A stretch of 64,000 nt of DNA from an uncultured Candidatus Binatia bacterium (GTDB lineage: Bacteria > Desulfobacterota > Binatia > HRBIN30 > JACQVA1): positions 7,827-71,826 of the forward strand of contig CAZYMF010000004.1 of NCBI GenBank assembly GCA_964648215.1, read 5' to 3'. The first letter of the stretch is position 1. Each line of letters opens with the position of its first letter. The translations under genes and the position numbers were made by a program. Below, piece by piece: positions 50,806 to 58,253 of this stretch. Under the pieces are notes generated by a model. It was not told the origin of the DNA. It ran no database searches and saw only the letters and a list, made by a program, of their open reading frames with translations.

Positions 50806-51958
50806 GAAGTGCATGTTCAGGCGTGCTCTGCGCTTACCGCCCTCGGGGAAGGAGACCTTCTTTCTCTGGGGGCCGCGCCAGACGGGCAAGACGACGTTGC
50901 TGCGGGAGGCTTACCCGGACGCTCTATGGATCGACCTCCTGCGCTCGGAGGAATATCGGCGTTATCTGCAGAACCCCGAGCGGCTGCGCCAGGAGCTGAG
51001 CCAGAGGCCCAGCGCGGAGGTCGTCATCGACGAGGTGCAGAAGGTGCCGCAGATCCTCGACGAGGTCCACTGGCTCATCGAGAACCGCGGCGTCCATTTC
51101 GCTCTCTGCGGCTCGAGCGCCCGCAAGGTCAAGCGCGGCGCTGCCAACCTGCTCGGCGGTCGCGCCGTGCGCTACGAGCTCCACGGCCTCACGGCGGCGG
51201 AGATCGGCTCTGACTTCGATCTCACCCGAATGCTGAACCACGGCTATCTGCCGCGCCACTACTTGGCCGAGCGCCCGCAGCGGCTCGTGAACGCCTACGT
51301 CGCCGACTACCTGAAGGAGGAGATCGCCGCCGAGGGATTGGTGCGCAACCTGCCCGTCTTCTCTGCTTTCCTCAACGTTGCGGCCCTGTCGGATGCGGAG
51401 CTGGTCAACTTCTCGACCATTGCGCGCGATTGCGGAGTCTCCAGCCACACGGTCCAGTCGTATTTCCAGATTCTCGAGGATACGCTCCTGGGTCGCTGGC
51501 TGCCGGCGTACACCAAGCGCCCCAAGCGGCGCGTCATCGGGGCTCCGAAGTTCTACTTCGCCGACGTCGGAATGGTGAACCACCTGGCTCGGCGTGGTCC
51601 ACTGCGGCCGGGCTCGGAGCTGTACGGGAAGGCGTTCGAGAGCTGGGTCTTTCACGAGCTCTCGGCCCACAACGCCTATGCCGAAGCATTCGCCCAGCTG
51701 AGCTACTGGCGGCTGGCCAGCGGGATCGAGGTGGACTTCGTGGTGGACGACATGCGCCTCGCCGTTGAGGCCAAGGCCACCGCCAAGGTGACCGCGGATC
51801 ACTTGAAGGGGCTGCGCGCCCTGCGCGAGGACCATCCGCGGGTCAAGCGCCGCGTGGTTGTGTCGCTCGAGCCCAGGAGTCACAGGACGGATGACGGCAT
51901 CGAGGTCCTCCCGGCGCGGGAGTTCTGCGACCTGTTGGGCGCAGGTGAGCTCTTCTGA
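50804..51958 (+). CDS. AAA+ ATPase with DUF4143-type C-terminal domain
   Basis: FFLWGPRQTGKTTLL Walker A, VVIDEVQKVP Walker B, then the pattern I associate with AAA_14/DUF4143 proteins (KFYFADVG, EVDFVV). The ATG at 50813 may be the true start. Confidence 0.8.
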   Translation: MKCMFRRALRLPPSGKETFFLWGPRQTGKTTLLREAYPDALWIDLLRSEEYRRYLQNPERLRQELSQRPSAEVVIDEVQKVPQILDEVHWLIENRGVHFALCGSSARKVKRGAANLLGGRAVRYELHGLTAAEIGSDFDLTRMLNHGYLPRHYLAERPQRLVNAYVADYLKEEIAAEGLVRNLPVFSAFLNVAALSDAELVNFSTIARDCGVSSHTVQSYFQILEDTLLGRWLPAYTKRPKRRVIGAPKFYFADVGMVNHLARRGPLRPGSELYGKAFESWVFHELSAHNAYAEAFAQLSYWRLASGIEVDFVVDDMRLAVEAKATAKVTADHLKGLRALREDHPRVKRRVVVSLEPRSHRTDDGIEVLPAREFCDLLGAGELF

Positions 51959-52048
51959 ACCCGCGCCGTCGAGGTGTCTGCACTCCTTGGCGGCCGATCA
52001 AACGGGGGTCGGGGGTCGGACGGGCGCGAGAGCTCCGAGCGCCTTCGT

Positions 52049-52849
52049 TTAGGAAGGCCGCGTCGGAACGAGGCGCGTCAGCCAGCCGGCGAACCATCCC
52101 AGTCGGGAATACGGAACGAGATGGTTGAGAGCGATGGCGATCTTGTTGTGGATCCCCGGGACGCAGAACCCTCGTCCTGCTTCCAGTGCCGCCAGGGCTG
52201 CGGCGGCGACTTCGGAGGCATCCTGCCAGAGGAACTGTGGCACACGACTCACCTCGAAGCGCGCGCGAGCCTGGAACTCCGTGCGCGTGAAGCCCGGGAA
52301 TACGGTGACGACCTCGATACCCGAATCCCTCAGCTCCTCGGCGATCGTGAGAGAGAGGATCGCGAGGTAGGCCTTGGTTCCGGAGTACGCGGCGTTGTAG
52401 AGGCTGGGCACGAAGGCCGCGCCGGAAGAAACGTTGATCAGAGCCCCGCGGCCCCGCGGAAGCATGCCGCGGATCGCGGCGTGAGCGAGCCGGGTCGGGG
52501 CGAGAACGTTGACTCGGATCTGCGTCTCCGCCGCCTCGACGCTGACATCGCTGAACCGCCCGGAGACGCCGAGCGCCGCGTTGTTGACGAACAGATCGAT
52601 GGCGGGGCCGGTCCCGAGTCTTTCTTCGACCCGGCCGAGCTCCCTTGGATTCTCGAGGTCGGCGACCAGTACTTCCGCACGTGCGCCCGTCGCTTCGATC
52701 TCGGACGCAAGCTGCTCGAGTCGGGCTCTGTCGCGCGACACCAGAATCACCTGAAGGCCGCGCGCGGCCAGGGCCTTCGCGAAGGCCCGGCCGATTCCGG
52801 AAGAGCTGCCCGTAACCAGCGCCGTCTGTCCAGCTTCAAGCTTTGCCAC
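52049..52849 (-). CDS. SDR-family oxidoreductase
   Basis: GTG 52849 with GGAGGA 6 nt upstream. ALVTGSSSGIGRA, NNAA, YSGTKAY (YxxxK). Confidence 0.85.
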   Translation of the reverse strand: MAKLEAGQTALVTGSSSGIGRAFAKALAARGLQVILVSRDRARLEQLASEIEATGARAEVLVADLENPRELGRVEERLGTGPAIDLFVNNAALGVSGRFSDVSVEAAETQIRVNVLAPTRLAHAAIRGMLPRGRGALINVSSGAAFVPSLYNAAYSGTKAYLAILSLTIAEELRDSGIEVVTVFPGFTRTEFQARARFEVSRVPQFLWQDASEVAAAALAALEAGRGFCVPGIHNKIAIALNHLVPYSRLGWFAGWLTRLVPTRPS

Positions 52850-53201
52850 GACCGTTCCTCCAGTCTCAACCGTCTTGGCAGTCGCGCTCGGCACATTGAG
52901 TGCCGCTCGGTGCCGTCCTGGCCGTCCTGTATGAGCATACTACTCGCCATGGCGAAATGGGACTTGTCCCCTTTTCGGGTGTCTGCGGCGTCGTGGTCGC
53001 CGAGTCACTTACCGCAACCAGCGCCGTCCAGCTGCTTGGTCGTCTACACCGCTGAAACAACGATTGACAACCCCGTCCGCCTCCGTGTTAACGGCCATGT
53101 CGAATTGGACGGCAGAGGAGAAAGGGGGGCGCCGAGGTGATGGAGGCCACGGCGGGCGACCCGCGCACTTCGACTAGCGGGGCTGTTCCAGGGAGAGTCC
53201 G

Positions 53202-54341
53202 ATGACCACGATGACCACGGCTCTGATCGTCGCGGCGCTCTTTGGCTTGCTGGCCGTGATCGTCGTCTGGACGGCCCGCACGGATCGCCGGAACAAGCGG
53301 CGCATGGCGAAGCTGGCGAGCGCGCTCGGCGCCGTGCCGTCGGGCACGGGCGGGGAGGGGGTGTGCGACGGGGTTGCCTATCGCTTCCACTATTCGCCCG
53401 CGGCGAGGAACAGCCCGGCGACGTTGAAGGTCTCGATCGACAGCCCGGCCGGCCAGCCGCTTCGGATCGTGCGTGAAGGCCGGGCGGAGCGCTTGTCGAA
53501 GCGGATCGGGCTGTCGGCCGAGATCCAGACGGGCGATCCTGCCTTCGACGCGGACCTCTACATCGAGACCGAGGCCGATGAGTTCACGAGAACCCTCCTG
53601 ATGCGCGACGACGCGCGCCAGGCGGTGCGCGACGTCTTCCAGCTCGGCTTCACCGCCGTGCACCAGGACGGCCGGCGGCTGCAGGCCGTCTGGTCGCCGT
53701 TCAAGCTGCGCGACGACATGGATCCAGCGCTGATCACCGGCGCCGTCGCGCCGTTGGCGACACTGGCAAGCAGGATGCCGGCGATGCCCCCGCCGGCACG
53801 GCCGGCGCGTACCCCCATCGCCAAGGCCGTCGTCGCCGCGGCGGTGGTGATGGCGATCGCCGCCCTGGTCCTATGGCTCGTTGCCGACCGCTTTCGGCCG
53901 CTCGATGGCGGTGCCGTCCTGCGCGACTCGCTTCGCTACAGCATCCCGGCGCTGGTGGTGTGGCTCGCCTTCGCGTTCGTCCAGCTCCGCGGCCGCTCGA
54001 CGGCGCACAAGGAGCTGGTGCTCGTGGTCTGCCTGTCCGCCTTCGCCTTTGGTCTCGGGGGCGACGCGCTCGAAGTCGCCTTCAACGGCTGGGCCGATCT
54101 GGGCTCGCCCACCTCGCATGACACGGAGGTGATCCGGACGTACCGCCGCGGCGGCCGGACGACGACCTACCATGTCGTGGTGACGTCGTGGCGCCGACCG
54201 AGACAAGCGGAAAACCTGGTCGTCTCCTCCGGCCTGTATCGCGCCGCGCGACCGCACCAGCACGTCACGGTCGTGACCAAGCCCGGCCGCCTCGGCTTCG
54301 AGTGGATCGTCAGCTACGCGCTGGCGGGGGCGGTGCGATGA
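53202..54341 (+). CDS. Hypothetical membrane protein
   Basis: N-terminal TM (ALIVAALFGLLAVIVVW), a soluble middle part, three further TM segments, and a C-terminal beta-rich part. Plausible codon composition; no motif recognised. Confidence 0.55.
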   Translation: MTTMTTALIVAALFGLLAVIVVWTARTDRRNKRRMAKLASALGAVPSGTGGEGVCDGVAYRFHYSPAARNSPATLKVSIDSPAGQPLRIVREGRAERLSKRIGLSAEIQTGDPAFDADLYIETEADEFTRTLLMRDDARQAVRDVFQLGFTAVHQDGRRLQAVWSPFKLRDDMDPALITGAVAPLATLASRMPAMPPPARPARTPIAKAVVAAAVVMAIAALVLWLVADRFRPLDGGAVLRDSLRYSIPALVVWLAFAFVQLRGRSTAHKELVLVVCLSAFAFGLGGDALEVAFNGWADLGSPTSHDTEVIRTYRRGGRTTTYHVVVTSWRRPRQAENLVVSSGLYRAARPHQHVTVVTKPGRLGFEWIVSYALAGAVR

Positions 54342-54501
54342 TCTCCCCGAAGTTTGTCGGCCGTTGCTGACCAGGCTGGTCTGCCCCGGCGAGCAACCGT
54401 TTGCGCGGGGTTCTTCGGCGGGCGGGTCGATCTGCCATCACCGTTTCCGCCCCCCGATTTGACGTTTGCTCCGGTCTCATGCAGTAGCCTGAAGCTCGCT
54501 C

Positions 54502-55518
54502 ATGAGTGACGTGACCGCAGTCGTGCTGAGCATCGGGGAGCCCTACACGGAGCGGGCGTTGGCGAGCGTAGGGCGCCAGACGCTGCCGGTCGCCGAGACC
54601 GTTATGGTGCGTGGCGTCTCGCCATTTCACTGTGCCTTGAATAGAGGGGCGGCGCAGGTGCGCACGCCCTTCTTCCTTCACGTCGACGCCGACATGGTCC
54701 TCGACGAGGGCTGCCTCGCGGCGCTGCGCCCGCTCATGAGGGATCGGGTCGGCCTGGTCCAGGGCCGCCTGCGCGATCCGCTGTGCGGCCGGATCGCCGG
54801 GATTCGCCTGGTTCGCACCGAGTGCTGGGCTGAGACCCCGTACGCCGATTCGATTGCGCCCGAGTCGTTGTTCACTCGCGACCTCGCCGGGAATGGCTGG
54901 TTGTTCGTCGAGGCGCTCCGGTACGAGGGGGCGAACCCCAGGGCGTGGCACTCCTTCGGCGAGCACAGCCCCGCGTACGATCTCGTCTACACGCTGTCGA
55001 AGTTCCGCATCAACGGTGCGCGCTATCGCCATCTGGGACGAGCCGACTTCCTGATGAAAATGACCGAGCGCGTGCGACGCAGCGACCACCCCTCCGCCCT
55101 CATCGCCCTGCTCGGCTTGACCCACGGTGTCTTCGGCCTGGTCGGCGGCAGCGCCGACGCGCTGCGCCCATACACGGCCGACGCGGAGCACGCTTTCGTC
55201 GAGCGCTTTCTGACGCGGCCCGCGACGGGAGAAGATTGCGCGGCCCCTCTCGGGCTGACAGCGCCTCCGGCGGGCGTTTTCCGTACGTGCTACCGCCGCG
55301 GGGCGGAGATCGGGCGAGTCGGCGGGGCCGACGATCTGCGGGCCGTGGTGCGCAGCCTGGACGGGACCTCCGCGGACCTACGGTTGGCGGCCCTACTGGG
55401 TCTCGGCCACGGCTTCTTCCACGCGTTGCGAGCGGCCGATTCTCTCGGCCCCGAGCTCGCCATCCTCGCCGAGTTCCTTCCCCAAATCACTGATTCGGTG
55501 ACTCAGTGGACTCAGTGA
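54502..55518 (+). CDS. GT-A (GT2-like) glycosyltransferase domain protein with an uncharacterised C-terminal half
   Basis: VVLSIGEPYTERALASVGRQTLP ... FFLHVDADMVL (DxD). The last residues ITDSVTQWTQ and the stop are encoded by repeat array C. Confidence 0.5.
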   Translation: MSDVTAVVLSIGEPYTERALASVGRQTLPVAETVMVRGVSPFHCALNRGAAQVRTPFFLHVDADMVLDEGCLAALRPLMRDRVGLVQGRLRDPLCGRIAGIRLVRTECWAETPYADSIAPESLFTRDLAGNGWLFVEALRYEGANPRAWHSFGEHSPAYDLVYTLSKFRINGARYRHLGRADFLMKMTERVRRSDHPSALIALLGLTHGVFGLVGGSADALRPYTADAEHAFVERFLTRPATGEDCAAPLGLTAPPAGVFRTCYRRGAEIGRVGGADDLRAVVRSLDGTSADLRLAALLGLGHGFFHALRAADSLGPELAILAEFLPQITDSVTQWTQ

Positions 55519-55523
55519 TTCAC
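55483..55523. repeat. Tandem 8-bp repeat array C (TGAYTCRG-type, about 5 units)
   Basis: ...AAATCAC TGATTCGG TGACTCAG TGGACTCAG TGATTCAC. Same unit family as arrays A and B. It sits between convergent genes ending at 55518 and 55536. Confidence 0.85.
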
Positions 55524-55535
55524 TGCATCCATCCC

Positions 55536-56333
55536 TCACCTCAGACGCTTGGTGAAGAACTCGATGATCTCCGCCACCGCCTGGCGCGTCGGCTGATTCT
55601 GCTCGTCGATGAGGTGCAGCGTCACGACGCTGTGCGGGTTCTTCATCGGCGCGTCGGGGTTGGCGGCGCTGTCGGGCAGCACCCGGGGCTGGAATCGGTC
55701 TCCCAACGCCTGGCGATACGCGGCGAAGCGCTGCGCGCGGCAGAAGCTGTCGCCCTCGAAGCGATAGGCGAGCACGGTGAGGTTCTCGCGATCGAGCCGC
55801 TCCTTGACCGCCGCCAGCTCGTCGGGCGCGATGTGCATGCCGGCCGCCTGTAGCAGCGGCAGCGACGGCTGCGACAGCACCGGCGCCAGCATCGCCGGCT
55901 CGAGCATCATCGACAGGGCGAAGTTGCCGGTGAAGCACATCCCGATCGCGCCGACGCCCTTGCCGCCGCAGAGCGGGTGGGCGTGCGCCGCCAGGGCCCG
56001 CAGCCATTGTGTCACCGGGCTCGACGCGTTGGCGGCGAAGGCACGGAACTCGGCGCTGACGCACCCTTTGACCATCGAGCGGAGGCTGTAGCCGGTCGAC
56101 ACCGGGCGTCCGGGATCGCCGAACAGATTCGGCATCCACACGGCGAAGCCGGCGTCGCGGATCCAGCGCGCGAAGCGGGCGACGTGCGGCGAGATGCCTG
56201 GCATCTCGGTCATGACGATGACCGCGGGTCCGCTGCCGGCGACGAAGACGAGCTTGGTCTTGCCCTGTAGCGTCACCTGGCGGCGTTCGAAGTCCGCGAG
56301 CGCATCCGGCTTTTCCAGATCGGTCTCTGCCAT
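55536..56333 (-). CDS. Dienelactone hydrolase family (alpha/beta hydrolase) protein
   Basis: ATG 56333 (MAETDLEKP). VIVMTEMPGISPHVARFARWIRDAGFAVWMPNLFG, GAIGMCFTGNFAL (nucleophile region). Confidence 0.6.
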   Translation of the reverse strand: MAETDLEKPDALADFERRQVTLQGKTKLVFVAGSGPAVIVMTEMPGISPHVARFARWIRDAGFAVWMPNLFGDPGRPVSTGYSLRSMVKGCVSAEFRAFAANASSPVTQWLRALAAHAHPLCGGKGVGAIGMCFTGNFALSMMLEPAMLAPVLSQPSLPLLQAAGMHIAPDELAAVKERLDRENLTVLAYRFEGDSFCRAQRFAAYRQALGDRFQPRVLPDSAANPDAPMKNPHSVVTLHLIDEQNQPTRQAVAEIIEFFTKRLR

Positions 56334-56496
56334 GGTCTCGGTCCCCTTCTGTCGGTCGGTGCGCCACCGTAGCCAACTTCGACCGAACGCGCCACCCGCC
56401 GCGGGGACGCACACCTCGGCCTGTGGTAGTGTCCTACTTTGCGGCAGACCATGGGTTGACAAGCTGTTTGGGATTGAAACCGAAGTCTGGGGGCAA

Positions 56497-56661
56497 GGGT
56501 TCCTTCTCCCGGATGGGAGAAGGCCAGGATGAGGGCGATGGAAGGTGTCCGAAGCCCACCGATGAATTCCGTTGCATGAATCGCCTGGCCCACAACGATC
56601 GTGGCCTGCGGCGCCACTAGGTCCCCCTCACCCTGACCCTCTCATCCGCGAGAGGGAACCG
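56497..56661. repeat. 165-bp intergenic element bounded by ~38-nt inverted repeats, each itself a hairpin (REP/MITE-like)
   Basis: Left arm 56497-56535 GGGTTCCTTCTCCCGGATGGGAGAAGGCCAGGATGAGGG (9-bp stem CCTTCTCCC/GGGAGAAGG). The right arm 56625-56661 is its imperfect reverse complement (7-bp stem CCCTCTC/GAGAGGG). By hand count about 31 of 37 aligned positions match. Confidence 0.75.
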
Positions 56662-56783
56662 GATCGCATGCGGGCGGATGATGAGGATGCCAAGACTCAA
56701 AGGAGGACAGCACCTCGCCCTGTCGCCCGGCTGGCGTTGTCGGCCGTCCCTCGCTAAGAAGCGAAGAGCCGGAGGGAGGTGTG

Positions 56784-57233
56784 ATGGTAGACGGTTTCAA
56801 GTGCATCATGGTGCCGATCGACTTCTCCACCCATTGCGACCAGGCCGCGGAGTACGCGTCCTGGTTCGTGCAGATCTCGAAGGCCGCGATTCACGTCGTC
56901 CACGTCATCGCCAACCCGGCCGATGCCGTATACGAGCCGGAGGAAGTGCCGAACTGGGACATGGTCGATCATGCCGAGAAGAAGGCCCGGCAGATGATCG
57001 AGGCCTTCGCCCGGCGGTGCGTCAAGGCGCACGTCTCTCCCGAGATCCACGTCCTGCACGGTGACCCGTACCAGAAGCTGATGGAGGCGGCGAGGGAGAT
57101 CCACCCCGATCTGATCGTCATGTCGACGCGCGGTCGGGGCAGTGTGGCGCACCTGGTCATCGGTAGCGTGACCGAGAAGATCGTGCGTCACGCGCCGTGC
57201 CCGGTGTTCGTCGCGCACGGCGAGGCCGAGTGA
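56784..57233 (+). CDS. Universal stress protein (UspA family)
   Basis: IMVPIDFS, DLIVMSTRGRGSVAHLVIGSVTEKIVRHAPCPVFV. GGAGGGAGG upstream. Confidence 0.9.
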   Translation: MVDGFKCIMVPIDFSTHCDQAAEYASWFVQISKAAIHVVHVIANPADAVYEPEEVPNWDMVDHAEKKARQMIEAFARRCVKAHVSPEIHVLHGDPYQKLMEAAREIHPDLIVMSTRGRGSVAHLVIGSVTEKIVRHAPCPVFVAHGEAE

Positions 57234-57322
57234 TCTCGAGCGGTCGGAGACGGCTGTTTGTGGGCGCGGCCGACCTCGGCTATGCTTCCAATTTCGAGCA
57301 ACGACCGGCGCCGGAGAGCTGA

Positions 57323-57988
57323 ATGGATTTGATCCGCCAACTGTTCGAGATCTTCTTCCACCTCGACGTCCACCTCAACCAATGGGCCGGGATGCTGGGC
57401 CCGTGGATCTACGTCCTGCTCTTCGTGATCCTGTTCTGCGAGACGGGCCTGGTGGTGACGCCGGTGCTGCCGGGCGACTCGCTGCTCTTCGCCGTCGGCG
57501 CCCTGGCCTCGATCGACAACTCGCCGCTGAGCCTGCCGCTGCTCCTGGCTCTGCTGTGCATCGCCGCCGTCGGTGGCGATGCCGTCAACTATGCCATCGG
57601 CTATCGCGTCGGGCCCAAGGTGTTCACGCGCGAGGACTCCTGGCTGCTCAACAAGAAGCACCTGATGCAGACCGAGGCGTTCTACGAACGGCACGGGGGC
57701 AAGACCATCATCCTGGCGCGCTTCATGCCGATCATCCGCACCTTCGCCCCTTTCGTCGCCGGCATCGGCAAGATGGGCTACCCGCGCTTCGCCGCCTTCA
57801 ACGTCATCGGCGGCTTGGCCTGGGTCTTCCTATTCCTCCTCGGCGGCTACTTCTTCGGCAACGTCCCCGCGGTCAAGCGCAACTTCCACTACGTGATCGT
57901 CGCCATCATCATCCTGTCGATTCTGCCGCCGATCATCGAGTACCTGCGCTCGCGCCGCGCGCCGCGGACGGCCGCCGCGCTCGACTGA
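57323..57988 (+). CDS. dedA: DedA-family membrane protein
   Basis: LLFVILFCETGLVVTPVLPGDSLLFAVGALA, HGGKTIILARFMPIIRTFAPFVAGIGKM. Confidence 0.9.
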   Translation: MDLIRQLFEIFFHLDVHLNQWAGMLGPWIYVLLFVILFCETGLVVTPVLPGDSLLFAVGALASIDNSPLSLPLLLALLCIAAVGGDAVNYAIGYRVGPKVFTREDSWLLNKKHLMQTEAFYERHGGKTIILARFMPIIRTFAPFVAGIGKMGYPRFAAFNVIGGLAWVFLFLLGGYFFGNVPAVKRNFHYVIVAIIILSILPPIIEYLRSRRAPRTAAALD

Positions 57989-58253
57989 GGCGCCGGCGCC
58001 GCCGATGGGGGTGGCAGGCCTCTATTCCAGTATTGCCGCAAGCCTGCGCGCGGCGCGAAGATTTGCGCCACCGGGCACGCCCGACTCCCAAAATCACCGA
58101 GCATTGCTGCGTCGAGATGAAGCGCAGCGTTGGGGCGAGGTTGCCGGTGATGCTCCGGTGGGTTCTCTCGGGCCGCTCTCTGTGTCCTCTGCACCTCTGT
58201 GGTTCGGCGTTTCCGTTTTGGAGGCGGCGGAGGGTTGAGACTCGAACCCCGGT

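Noticed and set aside
50804-51958. AAA/DUF4143 ATPase as evidence of a mobile element or defence island
   Set aside because: No integrase, transposase, terminal repeats, or partner nuclease/effector gene is adjacent. The neighbours are ordinary SDR and amidotransferase genes. Only a weak composition break supports an island, so no mobile_element feature is called.
53065-53094. TTGACA-N17-GTTAAC promoter-like match upstream of the 53202 gene
   Set aside because: The -35 is perfect but the -10 is poor (no TAnnnT) and lies more than 100 nt from the start codon. This is not enough to report as a feature.
58219-58253. tRNA-like T-arm fragment (GGTTCGAGTC on the minus strand) just downstream of the lipoprotein gene, a possible tRNA or att remnant
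   Set aside because: Only about 3 of 5 T-stem pairs form. No matching acceptor 5' strand, anticodon arm or D-arm is found upstream, where the sequence is coding. A 10-mer match is expected by chance at roughly this frequency in 128 kb of two-strand sequence.
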